DNA of 64,000 nucleotides from Candidatus Latescibacterota bacterium (GCA_965204725.1 OZ242005.1:3680001-3744000); one strand, 5' to 3'; positions 10,267 to 20,053 are shown, counted from the stretch's first letter. Numbers and translations: made by a program. The notes: generated by a model from the sequence alone, not told the origin.

Positions 10267-11349
10267 CTAGCCCAACCGCAACGCCCGATCCGCCAGCGGC
10301 AATTCTACCCGCCCGTTGCCCTGCCGATGCGACTCGCGCAAGCCAATGGCAATCTCCAAGGCTTCGCGCCCAAATTCCCCCGGGCAAATCCGCTCTTCCC
10401 CCTCCTCGATCGCCCGACAGACGCCCTCAATCGCATCGACCATGGACGAGCGCGGGTGCCACGGGTTGGGGAATGGCCGTTGGATCGGCTCGCCGGTCTC
10501 TGGATGCGCCCCCCACAGCTCGAATTGCGAGTGGGCGTTGCGCGAGACGATCATCCCGCGCTCGCCGATAAACTCCAGACGCCACCCATGCCCCGAGCGG
10601 TCGGCGCGGGAGTTCAGCAAGCCGCGCACTCCGTTGGCGTAGGCAATGTAGCCCGAGCCGGATAAATCCCGGTCGGCCGCGGCCTGCTCGTCGTCGTCCA
10701 TCTCGCCCATCACCCACTCAGCCGGTGCTCCGGCAAACAGCCGAAACAGGGCCAGCGTATGGCTTTGCAGATTCGACAGGCTGTGCGGGCTGTGGCAGAC
10801 CATGGAGCGCAACCGGCCAATCGCCCCTTCGGTTAGGGCCTGACGCGCCTGAGTGTACCAGCTATACCAGTTGAGATGACAGGCCATGGAAAGGATGGTC
10901 CCGCTTGCCTTGCAGGCCGCGATCATGGCATCGGCTTCGGCCAAGGTGCGGCACATGGGCTTGGTGGCAAAAATCGCCCGCACCCCGGCCTCGGCTAGGC
11001 CGATGACCACTTCGGCTCGCTCGTCGGGTCGCGTCGTCACCGCCACTAGGTCGGGCCGCTCTTGGGCGACCAACTCGCGGTAGTCTTCGTACAGGGCTTG
11101 TACGCCCCAGCGCCGGGCAAAGTCGTCCAACTTGGCTCGGTCCACGTCCGCCGCTCCGATCAGCTCAATGCCCCGCGCTTCGATCATGGCCGGAGCGTGT
11201 GCCCACGGCCAAGGATAGTGCGGCATCCCAATGTGCTCGTCGTCAATGGTGCTGCCCATCCGCCCGCAGCCGACCACTGCCCCGCGATACGTTCCACGCG
11301 GCCTCGTCGCCGCGATCTGTTTGTAAGCCGCGCCCAACGGTTGTGCCAT
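10267..11349 (-). CDS. Gfo/Idh/MocA family oxidoreductase
   Basis: VVGCGRMG motif and TKP variant of EKP; ATG 11349 with GAGGAG RBS. Confidence 0.88.
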   Translation of the reverse strand: MAQPLGAAYKQIAATRPRGTYRGAVVGCGRMGSTIDDEHIGMPHYPWPWAHAPAMIEARGIELIGAADVDRAKLDDFARRWGVQALYEDYRELVAQERPDLVAVTTRPDERAEVVIGLAEAGVRAIFATKPMCRTLAEADAMIAACKASGTILSMACHLNWYSWYTQARQALTEGAIGRLRSMVCHSPHSLSNLQSHTLALFRLFAGAPAEWVMGEMDDDEQAAADRDLSGSGYIAYANGVRGLLNSRADRSGHGWRLEFIGERGMIVSRNAHSQFELWGAHPETGEPIQRPFPNPWHPRSSMVDAIEGVCRAIEEGEERICPGEFGREALEIAIGLRESHRQGNGRVELPLADRALRLG

Positions 11350-11538
11350 GTCGCGTCTCCTCTGAGGTGAAATTGCAAAAAGGGGGCCGATTAAATAGAA
11401 TAAGATGCGTACTTTGCTGCTTCCTACCAAGAGGAAGAAGGGAGCAAAGCACATCCACCTTTCCTCGACGTTGCCCATATCTCGCATTGTTTGGCACTAC
11501 GGCTCAGTGACTGATTTAGCAAAAGGAGAGGCATCCCC

Positions 11539-12357
11539 TTGACTACCTTTGACTTTCGCGGCAAAAAGGCCGTAGCGACCGGTGCCGGCGGTGCCATTGG
11601 CGGTGAGATCGCCCGTGGCCTTGCCCAAGCGGGCGCGGAAGTGGCGATCTGGGACATTGCTCCAGAGGCGGCCCGCGCCAAAGCCGACGAGATCAACCGC
11701 GATTTCCCCAACAAGGCCCTCCCGGTCGAGTGCAACGTCGTCAGCAAAGACAGTGTCGAGGCCGCGCTCGCCGAGACTGTTGAGTGCTTTGGCACGGTTG
11801 ACTTCCTGCTCAACGGCGCGGGCGGCAGCCACAAGGATACCACCACCTCCCCGGAGCTCGAATTCTTCGATATTGATCCAGAGGCGGTCAAGATGGTCAT
11901 GGATCTCAACTATCTAAGCACCGTCCTGCCCTCGCAGGCCGTGGGCCGCGTCTTCGCTGCCAACGGCGCGGGCGCGGTCGTCAATATCACCTCCATTGGC
12001 GGAGGGCTACCGTTGTCGCGGGCTTTGGCGTATTCCAACGGCAAGGCGGCCGCCGATAGCTTCACCCGCTGGCTAGCCGTGCATCTGGCCACGACCTACG
12101 CTGCCAAAATCCGCGTCAATGCCGTGGCCCCCGGCTTTATGATCACCGCGCAAAACCGCTTCTTGCTCCTCGACGAAACGAGCAGCGAACTGACCGATCG
12201 CGGCCAGACGATCCTCAAAAACGTCCCCATGGCCCGCTTCGGCGACCCGCACGAAGTCGTCGGCGCGGCTTTGTGGCTCTTTTCGGACGCAGCCGCGTTT
12301 GTCACCGGTGCCATCGTGCCGATTGACGGCGGCTTTTCCGCGTTTTGCGGCGTATAA
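11539..12357 (+). CDS. SDR family oxidoreductase (D-mannonate oxidoreductase-like)
   Basis: [18 protein letters not shown] catalytic motif and RVNAVAPGF. Confidence 0.88.
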   Translation: MTTFDFRGKKAVATGAGGAIGGEIARGLAQAGAEVAIWDIAPEAARAKADEINRDFPNKALPVECNVVSKDSVEAALAETVECFGTVDFLLNGAGGSHKDTTTSPELEFFDIDPEAVKMVMDLNYLSTVLPSQAVGRVFAANGAGAVVNITSIGGGLPLSRALAYSNGKAAADSFTRWLAVHLATTYAAKIRVNAVAPGFMITAQNRFLLLDETSSELTDRGQTILKNVPMARFGDPHEVVGAALWLFSDAAAFVTGAIVPIDGGFSAFCGV

Positions 12358-12385
12358 ACCAATTCATTCAGATCAGGAGTTCACT

Positions 12386-14059
12386 TTGTTACCGGATATT
12401 GAAATCGCCCGCCAAACCTCACTCCGCCCCATTGACGATGTAGCCGCCCAGCTCGGGATCGGCTCCGAACACCTCGAACATTATGGCCGCGTCAAGGCCA
12501 AGATCGCGCAGGATTTCTGCCAGCAACTCGAAAACGCGCCTACTACCGGCAAGCTGATCCTCGTCTCGGCCATCAACCCGACTCCAGCCGGCGAGGGCAA
12601 AACGACCACTACCATCGGCCTGGGCGACGCGCTCAATCGCCTTGGCAAGCGCGCCACCGTCTGTCTGCGGGAACCTTCGCTGGGGCCTTGCTTCGGCCTG
12701 AAGGGCGGGGGCGCGGGCGGGGGCTACGCGCAGGTCGCGCCGATGGAGGACATCAACTTGCACTTTACTGGGGACATCCACGCTGTCGCCGCGGCCCACA
12801 ACCTGCTCGCCGCGGCCCTCGACAACTACATTCACCACGGCAATGCGCGCCGCATTGATCCCCGGCGCATCGTCTGGAACCGCGTCCTCGACATAAACGA
12901 CCGAGCACTACGCGATATTGTCGTTGGGCTAGGGGGAATCGCCAACTCCTTGCCGCGCCAGTCGGGATTCGACATTGCCGTGGCCTCAGAGGTCATGGCC
13001 ATCCTCTGTCTGTCCGAATCGCCGGCCGAACTCAAGGAACGGCTCGGCCGAATCGTCGTTGCCCAGACGCGCGCCCGCGAGACCATGCGCGCTGCGGACC
13101 TAGCGGTCCACGGCGCCATGGCGGTGCTGCTCAAGGACGCCTGTCAACCCAACTTGGTGCAGACCTTAGAGGGCAATCCGGCGTTGGTCCACGGCGGCCC
13201 TTTTGCCAATATCGCGCACGGCTGCAACTCCATCGCCGCCACCCGCCTGAGTACGCGCCTCTCCGAATACACAGTTACCGAGGCCGGCTTTGGCGCGGAC
13301 TTGGGCGCGGAGAAGTTCGCCAACATCAAGTGCCGCCAGCATGGCCTCGCACCCGACCTCGTGGTGTTGGTGGCCACGGTGCGTGCCCTCAAATTTCACG
13401 GCGGCACCCCGCTCAAAAGCATTGCCAAACCCAATGTCGAGGCGGTTGTCCGGGGCGTCGAAAACCTCGAGAAGCACATCGAAAACATCCGTCTCTTCGG
13501 CTTGCCCGTCGTCGTAGCGGTCAACGTCTTTGCCACGGATACCGACGCTGAGATCGAGTGCATCCGCGACAAGTGCGCTCCCCTCGGCGTTGAGGTCGTT
13601 CCCGCGGATCACCACGCTCGCGGCGGGGCCGGAGCCGAAGACCTCGCCCGCACCGTGGTGCAGGTTGCCGAAAACGCCCAGAGCAACTTCAAGCTGCTCT
13701 ACCGGGACGACATGCGGCTTTGGGACAAGGTCCGCACCGTCGCCCAAGCGATCTACGGCGCCGACGACATCGTGGGGGACAAGATGCTGCGGAGGAAGTT
13801 TAGGCGGCTGGAGGACGAAGGCTACGGCAACTTGCCCGTCTGCATAGCCAAGACCCAGTACTCGCTATCGGCCGATCCGGCGCTCAAGGGGCGACCGCAC
13901 GGCTTTGACGTGCCGATCCGCGATGTCAAGGTCTCGGCTGGGGCTGGCTTTGTGGTGGTGCTGACGGGCGACATTATGACGATGCCCGGCCTACCTAAGA
14001 AGCCCTCAGCCGAGTCGATTGACCTCGACGAAGCCGGACAGATCAAGGGGTTGTTCTGA
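12386..14059 (+). CDS. fhs: Formate--tetrahydrofolate ligase
   Basis: [41 protein letters not shown] and MTMPGLP motifs; TTG start with AGGAG RBS. Confidence 0.97.
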   Translation: MLPDIEIARQTSLRPIDDVAAQLGIGSEHLEHYGRVKAKIAQDFCQQLENAPTTGKLILVSAINPTPAGEGKTTTTIGLGDALNRLGKRATVCLREPSLGPCFGLKGGGAGGGYAQVAPMEDINLHFTGDIHAVAAAHNLLAAALDNYIHHGNARRIDPRRIVWNRVLDINDRALRDIVVGLGGIANSLPRQSGFDIAVASEVMAILCLSESPAELKERLGRIVVAQTRARETMRAADLAVHGAMAVLLKDACQPNLVQTLEGNPALVHGGPFANIAHGCNSIAATRLSTRLSEYTVTEAGFGADLGAEKFANIKCRQHGLAPDLVVLVATVRALKFHGGTPLKSIAKPNVEAVVRGVENLEKHIENIRLFGLPVVVAVNVFATDTDAEIECIRDKCAPLGVEVVPADHHARGGAGAEDLARTVVQVAENAQSNFKLLYRDDMRLWDKVRTVAQAIYGADDIVGDKMLRRKFRRLEDEGYGNLPVCIAKTQYSLSADPALKGRPHGFDVPIRDVKVSAGAGFVVVLTGDIMTMPGLPKKPSAESIDLDEAGQIKGLF

Positions 14060-14112
14060 GAGGCGTTCTTAAAACTAGGGTTTCCGTTTCTGATTCGGCT
14101 TGGTCCTTTTTT

Positions 14113-14164
14113 GGCTTCCCGCCCCGTGTCGGGGGACGGGGTGGCGTTCTTTCGCGGGAAGGAC
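14113..14164. repeat. Extended REP variant with an internal CCCCGT...ACGGGG hairpin
   Basis: Near-identical to 52706-52756. Confidence 0.75.
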
Positions 14165-14238
14165 GGGAGCCGGCTCCGCTGACGGGAACCGGCTCCACGG
14201 ACGGAGGCCGGCGGAACCGGCCCCCTGACGGCGACCGG

Positions 14239-14373
14239 CTACTTGAGCAGCAGCATCTTCCTTACGGCGTGGAACTCGCCGCCCGCCTGCAAGCGGTAGA
14301 AGTAAACCCCTGCGGATAGGCTTTGGCCGTTGTCGTTGGTGGCGTCCCAAGCGACTAGGTAGCGGCCGGCAGC
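14239..14373 (-). pseudogene. 3' stub (last 44 aa) of the Ig-like surface protein, third copy
   Basis: AAGRYLVAWDATNDNGQSLSAGVYFYRLQAGGEFHAVRKMLLLK* is identical in protein to the ends of the ORFs at 15596 and 21129. Confidence 0.9.
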
Positions 14374-14581
14374 CAACAGGCGTGAGACTGAACACGCGTG
14401 AATATCTTGCAGCGGTCTTAATGTCCCCTCGGCGAAGAGCCTCTCGCACATCGTCGAGACGATAGGCGTCTTCAAGAGAAAGGTACGGGGACCATCCTTC
14501 CGGCTCTTCTAGTAGCTCTACGTTGACGGCTGCAACATAGTTTCCTTCGTGGACGAGCTTCGTCCATTCCCTCTTATTCAT
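14374..14581 (-). pseudogene. Small conserved gene (probable TA antitoxin, recalled as partner of DUF4258 toxins); last codons lost and fused to the stub
   Basis: MNKREWTKLVHEGNYVAAVNVEL...WSPYLSLEDAYRLDDVREALRRGD...LTPV; duplicate at 19143-19358; upstream ...FKRRRK* remnant overlaps at ATGA. Confidence 0.6.
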
Positions 14582-14662
14582 TTTCGCCTCCGCTTGAAAG
14601 CGGCTGTATCCCTTTTTGTCGTCGCGTCGGTGACGTCGTGGGGGGGGGCCGGGGCGGGTGGA

Positions 14663-15400
14663 TTAGGGCAAGCGCAACAAGATCAGCGTCCCCAGCGCCA
14701 CCAAGCTGGTTACTTGCATTCCAATCAACCAGCGGGTTAGCACGGAGATCTCTCGCCGCAGTTCGTTGCCTTGCGCGTCGATACGGCTGCCTTGTTCGGC
14801 GATGGTTTGCTCCATGTGGTCAAAGCGGGCGTTGGTCTGCCGGCCTTGCGCGGCAATGGTTTGCTCAATGCGGTCAAAGCGGGCGTTGGTCTGCTGCCCT
14901 TGTTCGGCGATCTCTTGCCGCAGTTCGCTGCCTTGGGCGGCGATACGGCTGCCTTGCTTGTCGATGGCTTGCCGCAGTTCGCTGCCTTGGGCGGCGATAC
15001 GGCTGCCTTGCTTGTCGATGGCTTGCCGCAGTTCGCGCCCTTGCGCGGCGATACGGCTGCCTTGTTCGGCGATGGTTTGCTCCATGTGGTCAAAGCGGGC
15101 GTTGGTCTGCTGCCCTTGCGCGGCGATCTCTTGCCGCAGTTCGCGCCCTTGCGCGGCGATACGGCTGCCTTGCGCGGCGATCTCTTGCCGCAGTTCGCTG
15201 CCTTGTTCGGCAATGGTTTGCTCGATGCGGTCAAAGCGGGCGTTGGTCTGCTGCCCTTGCGCGTCGATCTCTTGCCGCAGTTCGCGCCCTTGCGCGTCGA
15301 TACGGCTGCCTTGTTCGGCGATGGTTTGCTCCATGTGGTCAAAGCGGGTGTTGGTCTGGCGGCTTTGTTCTTGGGTTAGGGGGAGGGGTTGTTCTGTCAT
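14663..15400 (-). CDS. Modular coiled-coil protein with C-terminal membrane anchor (DUF1640/CCDC90/Bdr-like architecture), 245 aa
   Basis: ATG 15400 with AAGGAG RBS; tandem QG-initiated 7/11/18-aa repeats; hydrophobic tail WLIGMQVTSLVALGTLILLRLP. Confidence 0.8.
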   Translation of the reverse strand: MTEQPLPLTQEQSRQTNTRFDHMEQTIAEQGSRIDAQGRELRQEIDAQGQQTNARFDRIEQTIAEQGSELRQEIAAQGSRIAAQGRELRQEIAAQGQQTNARFDHMEQTIAEQGSRIAAQGRELRQAIDKQGSRIAAQGSELRQAIDKQGSRIAAQGSELRQEIAEQGQQTNARFDRIEQTIAAQGRQTNARFDHMEQTIAEQGSRIDAQGNELRREISVLTRWLIGMQVTSLVALGTLILLRLP

Positions 15401-15440
15401 GGTTCGCTCCTTTGGTGGGAGGGTTGGTGGGGAGGTTTGG

Positions 15441-15501
15441 GTAGGCCGGAGAGCGGTTCGGCCATACTTGCAAGATAAGGGAAAATGAGGGGGTGTGTCA
15501 C
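15441..15501 (-). promoter_or_regulatory. Conserved promoter and leader hairpin of the coiled-coil genes
   Basis: GTGACA-N18-TATCTT then GTATGGCCG...CGGCCTAC; also at 20945-21005 and, as a variant, 26861-26921. Confidence 0.55.
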
Positions 15502-15505
15502 GTCT

Positions 15506-15546
15506 AGAAAGAAAAATGGGGCCTCTGGCTGAGAGAGGCCCCATTG
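15506..15546 (-). terminator. Rho-independent terminator after the surface-protein copy
   Basis: AATGGGGCCTCT/AGAGGCCCCATT stem followed by TTTCTTTC on the minus strand. Confidence 0.75.
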
Positions 15547-15560
15547 TATGAACTCGATTC

Positions 15561-15586
15561 GTCCTTCCCGCGTGCGCGGGAAGGAC
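15561..15586. repeat. REP-like perfect palindrome GTCCTTCCCGCG-TG-CGCGGGAAGGAC
   Basis: Identical copy at 21065-21090. Confidence 0.75.
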
Positions 15587-15595
15587 GGCGACTGG

Positions 15596-17803
15596 CTACT
15601 TGAGCAGCAGCATCTTTCTGACGGCGTGGAACTCGCCGCCGGCTTGCAAGCGGTAGAAGTACACCCCTGCGGATAGGCTTTGGCCGTTGTCATTCGTCGC
15701 GTCCCAGGCGACTAGGTAGCGGCCGGCAGCTTGGTGTTCGGCGACTAGCGTCCGCACGACTTGGCCTACTACATTATAGACCGTTAGCTGCACATCCGCC
15801 GACTGCGGCAGGGCGTACTGGATCGTCGTCGCCGGGTTGAAGGGGTTCGGGTAGTTGGTTGCGAGCGCGAAGGCGGCGGGGCGCGTTTGGAGCTGCATTG
15901 TTACGCTCGCGCCGAGGGCGTCCGTCACTGTGTAGATGTAGAGGGGGGAGCCTTCGGCTTGCGGCGTCCCCGAAATCGTCCGTGTTGCCGCGTCAAACGA
16001 CAAGCCTGCCGGTAACTCTGGTGAAAGGCTGTACGTCAGCGGCTCGGTGCCGCCGGTGGCGGAAGGGAGCGTGAAGGCATTGACCGGCTGGCCGGAGATG
16101 AACTCGGGGATGGAAGCACCGTCGGCGGCGGCGGTCGGGACGAGCTTGCCGGCGCCGAAGAAGACTAGGTCGAAGGTTATCTCGGCGTTGACTGTGATGG
16201 AGAAGGTCAACGTGGCGGAGGCTCCCGTGCCGTCGGCGGCGGTGTACGTCACTTCGACAGGTTCGTCGGTGGCCGCGTCGGGGGTGCCCGAAATCGTCCG
16301 TGTTGCCGCGTCGAAGGACAGGCCGGAAGGGAGGTCGGAGACGCTGTAGGCGATGTCGCCGACGCCGCCAACGGCGGCTGGGAGTTCCATAGCGCTGATC
16401 TCCGTACCGGCGGTGTACTCTTGGTCGTCAATTGATGTGCCGTCGGCGAAGGCGAGAGGGGTGGCTTCTGGGGGAAGCGGGGTCTCAGTGCCGTCGGCGA
16501 GCGTGATGTGGGCGGAGGCGCCGGTCAGGCCCTCAGCAGAAGCGATCAACGTGATCGTCTCGTTGCCTTCGTCCTCGTTGTCGGCGGTCGGGTCGATCAG
16601 CAGGGTGATCGAACCGGAGGTGGAACCGGCCGGGATGGACAGCGAGGGGTTGTACAACGCAGAGTAATCTAAATCGCGGGTGGCGGCCGATTCTGGGTCA
16701 ATGGAAAGGGTTACGGTGGCCGCGGCGTCGAGAGCCTTGCCGTCTAGCATGGCGGTGACGGTCAGTTGCGTCACGCCCGCGTCCTCGCTGAGGGTGTGCG
16801 GCGTTACCTCCAGCGCGAGGGCTGTGCTCGGCGTCTCGTCGTCGGCGATTTTGATGTCGGTTTGGGCGGAGCCGCCGGAAGCGGAGGCTTGGGCGCCTAG
16901 GTATTTGTTGCCATCGACTTCTTCGTTGTCGAGGGGGGTGAGGGTGAGCAGCGTCCGGCCTTGTGTTTCGCCGGCGGCGACGACGACGGAGCCGCCGATG
17001 ACGGCGGTGTAATCGGCGTCGCGCACGGCGGGGGTGCCGGAACTGGGGGCGGCAATGGTGAAGAGGATGGTCTCGGCTCTGGGGGCGGGAGCGGCTAAGG
17101 TTGCCGTCAGGAGGATGGCGGTGGTCTCGCCGTTCTCGCGGATGGACGAATGGGTCGAGGTGATGCTGGCGACGCGCACGGTGGCCGGTGGGGCCGTGCC
17201 GATCTCAAAGGTGAGGCTGAGGACAGCGGTGTTGACTGGGTCGGGCGCGCTGTCGATGACGGTGTACACGACGGTGGCGTCGCCTGCTGTTAGCGGCGTG
17301 CCCGATAGGGTGCGGGTTTCTGCGTCGAAGACCAGACCGGCGGGCAGGGTGGCGGACACGCTGTAGGTCTTGTCGCCAATGCCGCCGGTGGCGGCGGGCA
17401 GGACATAAGGCTCAATGACCGTGCCGACGACGTATTCAAACACGGTCGAGACGACATCGACGTCCTCGTCGAAAGCCAAGACGCCCGGCCCGGTCTCCGG
17501 GTCGCCGTCTTTTAGGGTGATGACGGTTGTGGTGACCGTCACGTCCTCGTCGTCATCATTCTTCACCGGGCTTTTTAGGGCGGTTAGGCCGATCTTTTTG
17601 TCGCCGCCCGCAAGCGGGGTAACGGACACGGTGGTTGTGCCGCTGATTTCGCCCGCCTCAATCGTCAGGCCGCGCAAGATCGCCGTGTATTCGGTGTCGC
17701 GGGTGGCGGCTTTATCGGCGTCGTCCACATCGCCGTCGGCGTCTGTGTCGGTGGTGACGACTAAGACTATGTCCACGTCCTCGTCGAAGGATTGGCCGTC
17801 TAA
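15596..17803 (-). pseudogene. 5'-truncated paralog (C-terminal 735 aa) of the Ig-like surface protein
   Basis: Colinear with 21129-23336, no indels, about 25 aa differences; homology stops abruptly at 17803; no signal peptide or credible start. Confidence 0.85.
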
Positions 17804-17886
17804 ACGAGAGGCTGCTGTGTTGGCATTTACCGCGCCGTAGGCATGACAATCGGATGGAGCGGGAGACTTACCGCGACCTAGAGACG

Positions 17887-19047
17887 CTAATAGTTCCTCT
17901 CCTCCCAAGCCGGGGGATTAGACCTGTTTCGACAGTAGAAGAGTTCGACGTGCCCACAGTTATCACAGGTGAATATCTTGAAGTACACCTGATCGTTTGC
18001 TGGCTTCAAGCCAAAATAATTTATAGTTTTGTGCCTGTCCCTGTCCGCAAATAATTGATACTTCCCGAAACCACAAACCCTGCACAGGCGGTCAAAATTT
18101 CCTCCCATTGGACCTGCGCCGAGTCTTAGGGCACGGAGAAGACTGTCGATATTCTCAAGTAGCAAATCAGCGTTTTCGAGGCAGTTCTTTTCGCCTTCAA
18201 CAATGCACTTATCGAGCAAGCCATTAAGAAGTGCCATTTCAGGTTTATCGGGAAACATCCTCTCAAGATTGAATTCTTCTCGGCGGTGATACCAAAGGGG
18301 AAGAAGCGGGGTACGGGATACCATTGACCAGATGGTCTTACCTAGTGAAAAGACATCGAAACTGGGTCTTATCTCTTCCATTCGCATCAGTACTGCCCAT
18401 GGTGGCATCCAGGCATGACTACCTACGTTTTCGAAGGTGTCGCTGAGTCTCGTGTGTTCTGGATCTTTGAAAAACACAAGGCCAAAGTCGCCGAGTATTA
18501 GTTGTTCACTCTCATCTACGAAAATGTTATCTGGCTTGATGTCGCGATGGACGAGTTCATTTCCGTGCAAGGTGGCAACTCCCTCAACAATCGGCCGAAT
18601 TGCAGTTAGGGTGCGTTCTACTTGACCTGTAAACTGGTCGGATCTGTCTTTTAAGGTCCCCTTTGGATAGTATTCTGAGACAAACCACTTCTCATCAGGA
18701 TTATGATCCACAATTTTCAGGAGGTTCGGATGATCAGCTTTCTTCATAGCCTCCAACTCGCGTTTTAGCCGTTTCTCTGCATCCTCAAAATTTCGAGCTT
18801 CATTCGGCGAGTGAAGAATTTTGAGTGCGCCGTGGTTCATAGGATTTTCAGCATGCACAACTTTGGCAATTTCTCTTTGCACCTGATCCTCGCCCGTCAA
18901 GGTCTGTCGTTCGGGGCTCAGAGCAAGGCCGACTGGTCTAGAGAGAGCAAGCAGATCCAAGTTGACTTTAGGCACGACATGGAAGACTTCTCCTTGTCCT
19001 CCTTTGCCAATGGATTCAATTTTTTTCCAACGTTCTTCGTACTGCAT
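17887..19047 (-). CDS. Hanks-type Ser/Thr protein kinase with C-terminal Cys4 zinc ribbon
   Basis: GKGGQGEV, ALK, HRDIKPDN, DFG and DVFSLG motifs; C-terminal CRVC...CDNC; GGAGG RBS; visibly AT-richer than its flanks. Confidence 0.9.
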   Translation of the reverse strand: MQYEERWKKIESIGKGGQGEVFHVVPKVNLDLLALSRPVGLALSPERQTLTGEDQVQREIAKVVHAENPMNHGALKILHSPNEARNFEDAEKRLKRELEAMKKADHPNLLKIVDHNPDEKWFVSEYYPKGTLKDRSDQFTGQVERTLTAIRPIVEGVATLHGNELVHRDIKPDNIFVDESEQLILGDFGLVFFKDPEHTRLSDTFENVGSHAWMPPWAVLMRMEEIRPSFDVFSLGKTIWSMVSRTPLLPLWYHRREEFNLERMFPDKPEMALLNGLLDKCIVEGEKNCLENADLLLENIDSLLRALRLGAGPMGGNFDRLCRVCGFGKYQLFADRDRHKTINYFGLKPANDQVYFKIFTCDNCGHVELFYCRNRSNPPAWEERNY

Positions 19048-19142
19048 TTTCGTACCTCCAATCTTCAATTATAAACATATCCGTAGGTCAGGGTGATGTC
19101 AGGCTCAGGCCATACGACGCAGTTAAACGATGGTTAGCTGCT

Positions 19143-19358
19143 TTACACAGCAACAGGCGTGAGACTGAACACGCGTGAATATCTTGCAGCGGTCTTAATG
19201 TCCCCGCGGCGAAGAGCCTCGCGCACATCGTCGAGACGATAGGCGTCTCCAAGAGAAAGGTACGGGGACTATCCTTCCGGCTCTTCTAGTAGCTCTACGT
19301 TGACGGCTGCAACATAGCTTCCTTCGTGAACGAGCTTCGTCCATTCCCTCTTATTCAT
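19143..19358 (-). pseudogene. Second copy of the small antitoxin-like gene, with a nonsense mutation
   Basis: Full length (ends TPVAV*) but the Trp TGG of copy 1 is TAG here (about 19270). Confidence 0.75.
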
Positions 19359-19489
19359 TTTCGCCTCCGCTTGAAAGCGGCTGTATTCTTTTTGCCGTCG
19401 CGAACGAATTGCTCGGCGATGCCTTCTAGCCGGCCGAGGCGGCGGTTATGGTCTTGTTCTTGCGTTTGAGTTAGGGGGTGTTCCGTCAT
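19355..19489 (-). pseudogene. Truncated coiled-coil family paralog fused to a foreign tail
   Basis: Manual translation MTEHPLTQTQEQDHNRRLGRLEGIAEQFV|RDGKKNTAAFKRRRK*. Confidence 0.75.
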
Positions 19490-19504
19490 GGTTCGCTCCC
19501 TTAC

Positions 19505-19630
19505 TACACGACACTAGCCGCTATCCTGCCAAGGATCGAGGGCATCTTGCTCTCGTCGAGGGCGAGACGCCCTCGATCCCGGATTTATCGAGAGCACCAG
19601 AAAATGCGTACGTAAAGCAGGTGTCGTGTA
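19505..19630. mobile_element. MITE-like element with 10-bp terminal inverted repeats and an internal palindrome (copy 2, complete)
   Basis: TACACGACAC (19505) ... GTGTCGTGTA (19630); internal GGATCGAGGGC...GCCCTCGATCC stem. Confidence 0.65.
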
Positions 19631-19639
19631 CGCTCCTTG

Positions 19640-20053
19640 TTACAAGCGCGACAAGATCAGCGTCCCTAGCGCCAGCAAGCTGATTACTTGTATTCCAACC
19701 ACCCAGCGCATTAGCTCGTCAATACGGCGGTTTTGCTCGTCGATTGCTTTCCGCAGGGTGCTGCCTTGCTCGTTGATTGCTTTCCGCAGGGTGTCTCTTT
19801 GCTCGTCGATACGGCTGCCTTGCTCGTTGATTGCTTTCCGCAGGGTGTCTCCTTGCTCGTCGATTTTTTGCTTCAGGGCGCTGCCTTGCGCTTCGATACA
19901 GCGGCCTTGTGCGGCAATGGCTTGCTCCATGCGGTCTAAGCGGGTGTTGGTCTGGCGGCCTTGCTCGGTAAACTGCTCGGTATCGACAATGCCTTCTAAC
20001 CGGCCAAGGCGGCGGTTATGGTCTTGCGTTTGAGTTAGAAGTTGTTCCGTCAT
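19640..20053 (-). CDS. Modular coiled-coil membrane-anchored protein, 137 aa
   Basis: MTEQ start, QG modules and hydrophobic C-terminal tail. Confidence 0.8.
   Translation of the reverse strand: MTEQLLTQTQDHNRRLGRLEGIVDTEQFTEQGRQTNTRLDRMEQAIAAQGRCIEAQGSALKQKIDEQGDTLRKAINEQGSRIDEQRDTLRKAINEQGSTLRKAIDEQNRRIDELMRWVVGIQVISLLALGTLILSRL

Noticed and set aside
14760-15360. Tandem repeats as a CRISPR array (also 20200-20800 and 26480-26700)
   Set aside because: Units are multiples of 3, lie inside ORFs with an RBS and TM tail, have no unique spacers, and no cas genes are present.
14638-15488. Long plus-strand and alternative-frame ORFs over the repeat genes (Cys/Ser-rich), also at 20228-20992
   Set aside because: Shadow ORFs of in-frame repeats in GC-rich DNA; no RBS or domain signal.
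17804-17908. N-terminal 35 aa of the listed 770-aa ORF as a real start
   Set aside because: It overlaps the kinase end, has no RBS or signal peptide, and lies outside the homology with the full gene.
19069-19142. Integron attC sites flanking the kinase (AGCTAAC after the upstream stop; GCCAAC...GTTTAGAC downstream)
   Set aside because: No complementary GTTRRRY partner or proper attC stem could be built, and no integron integrase is present.
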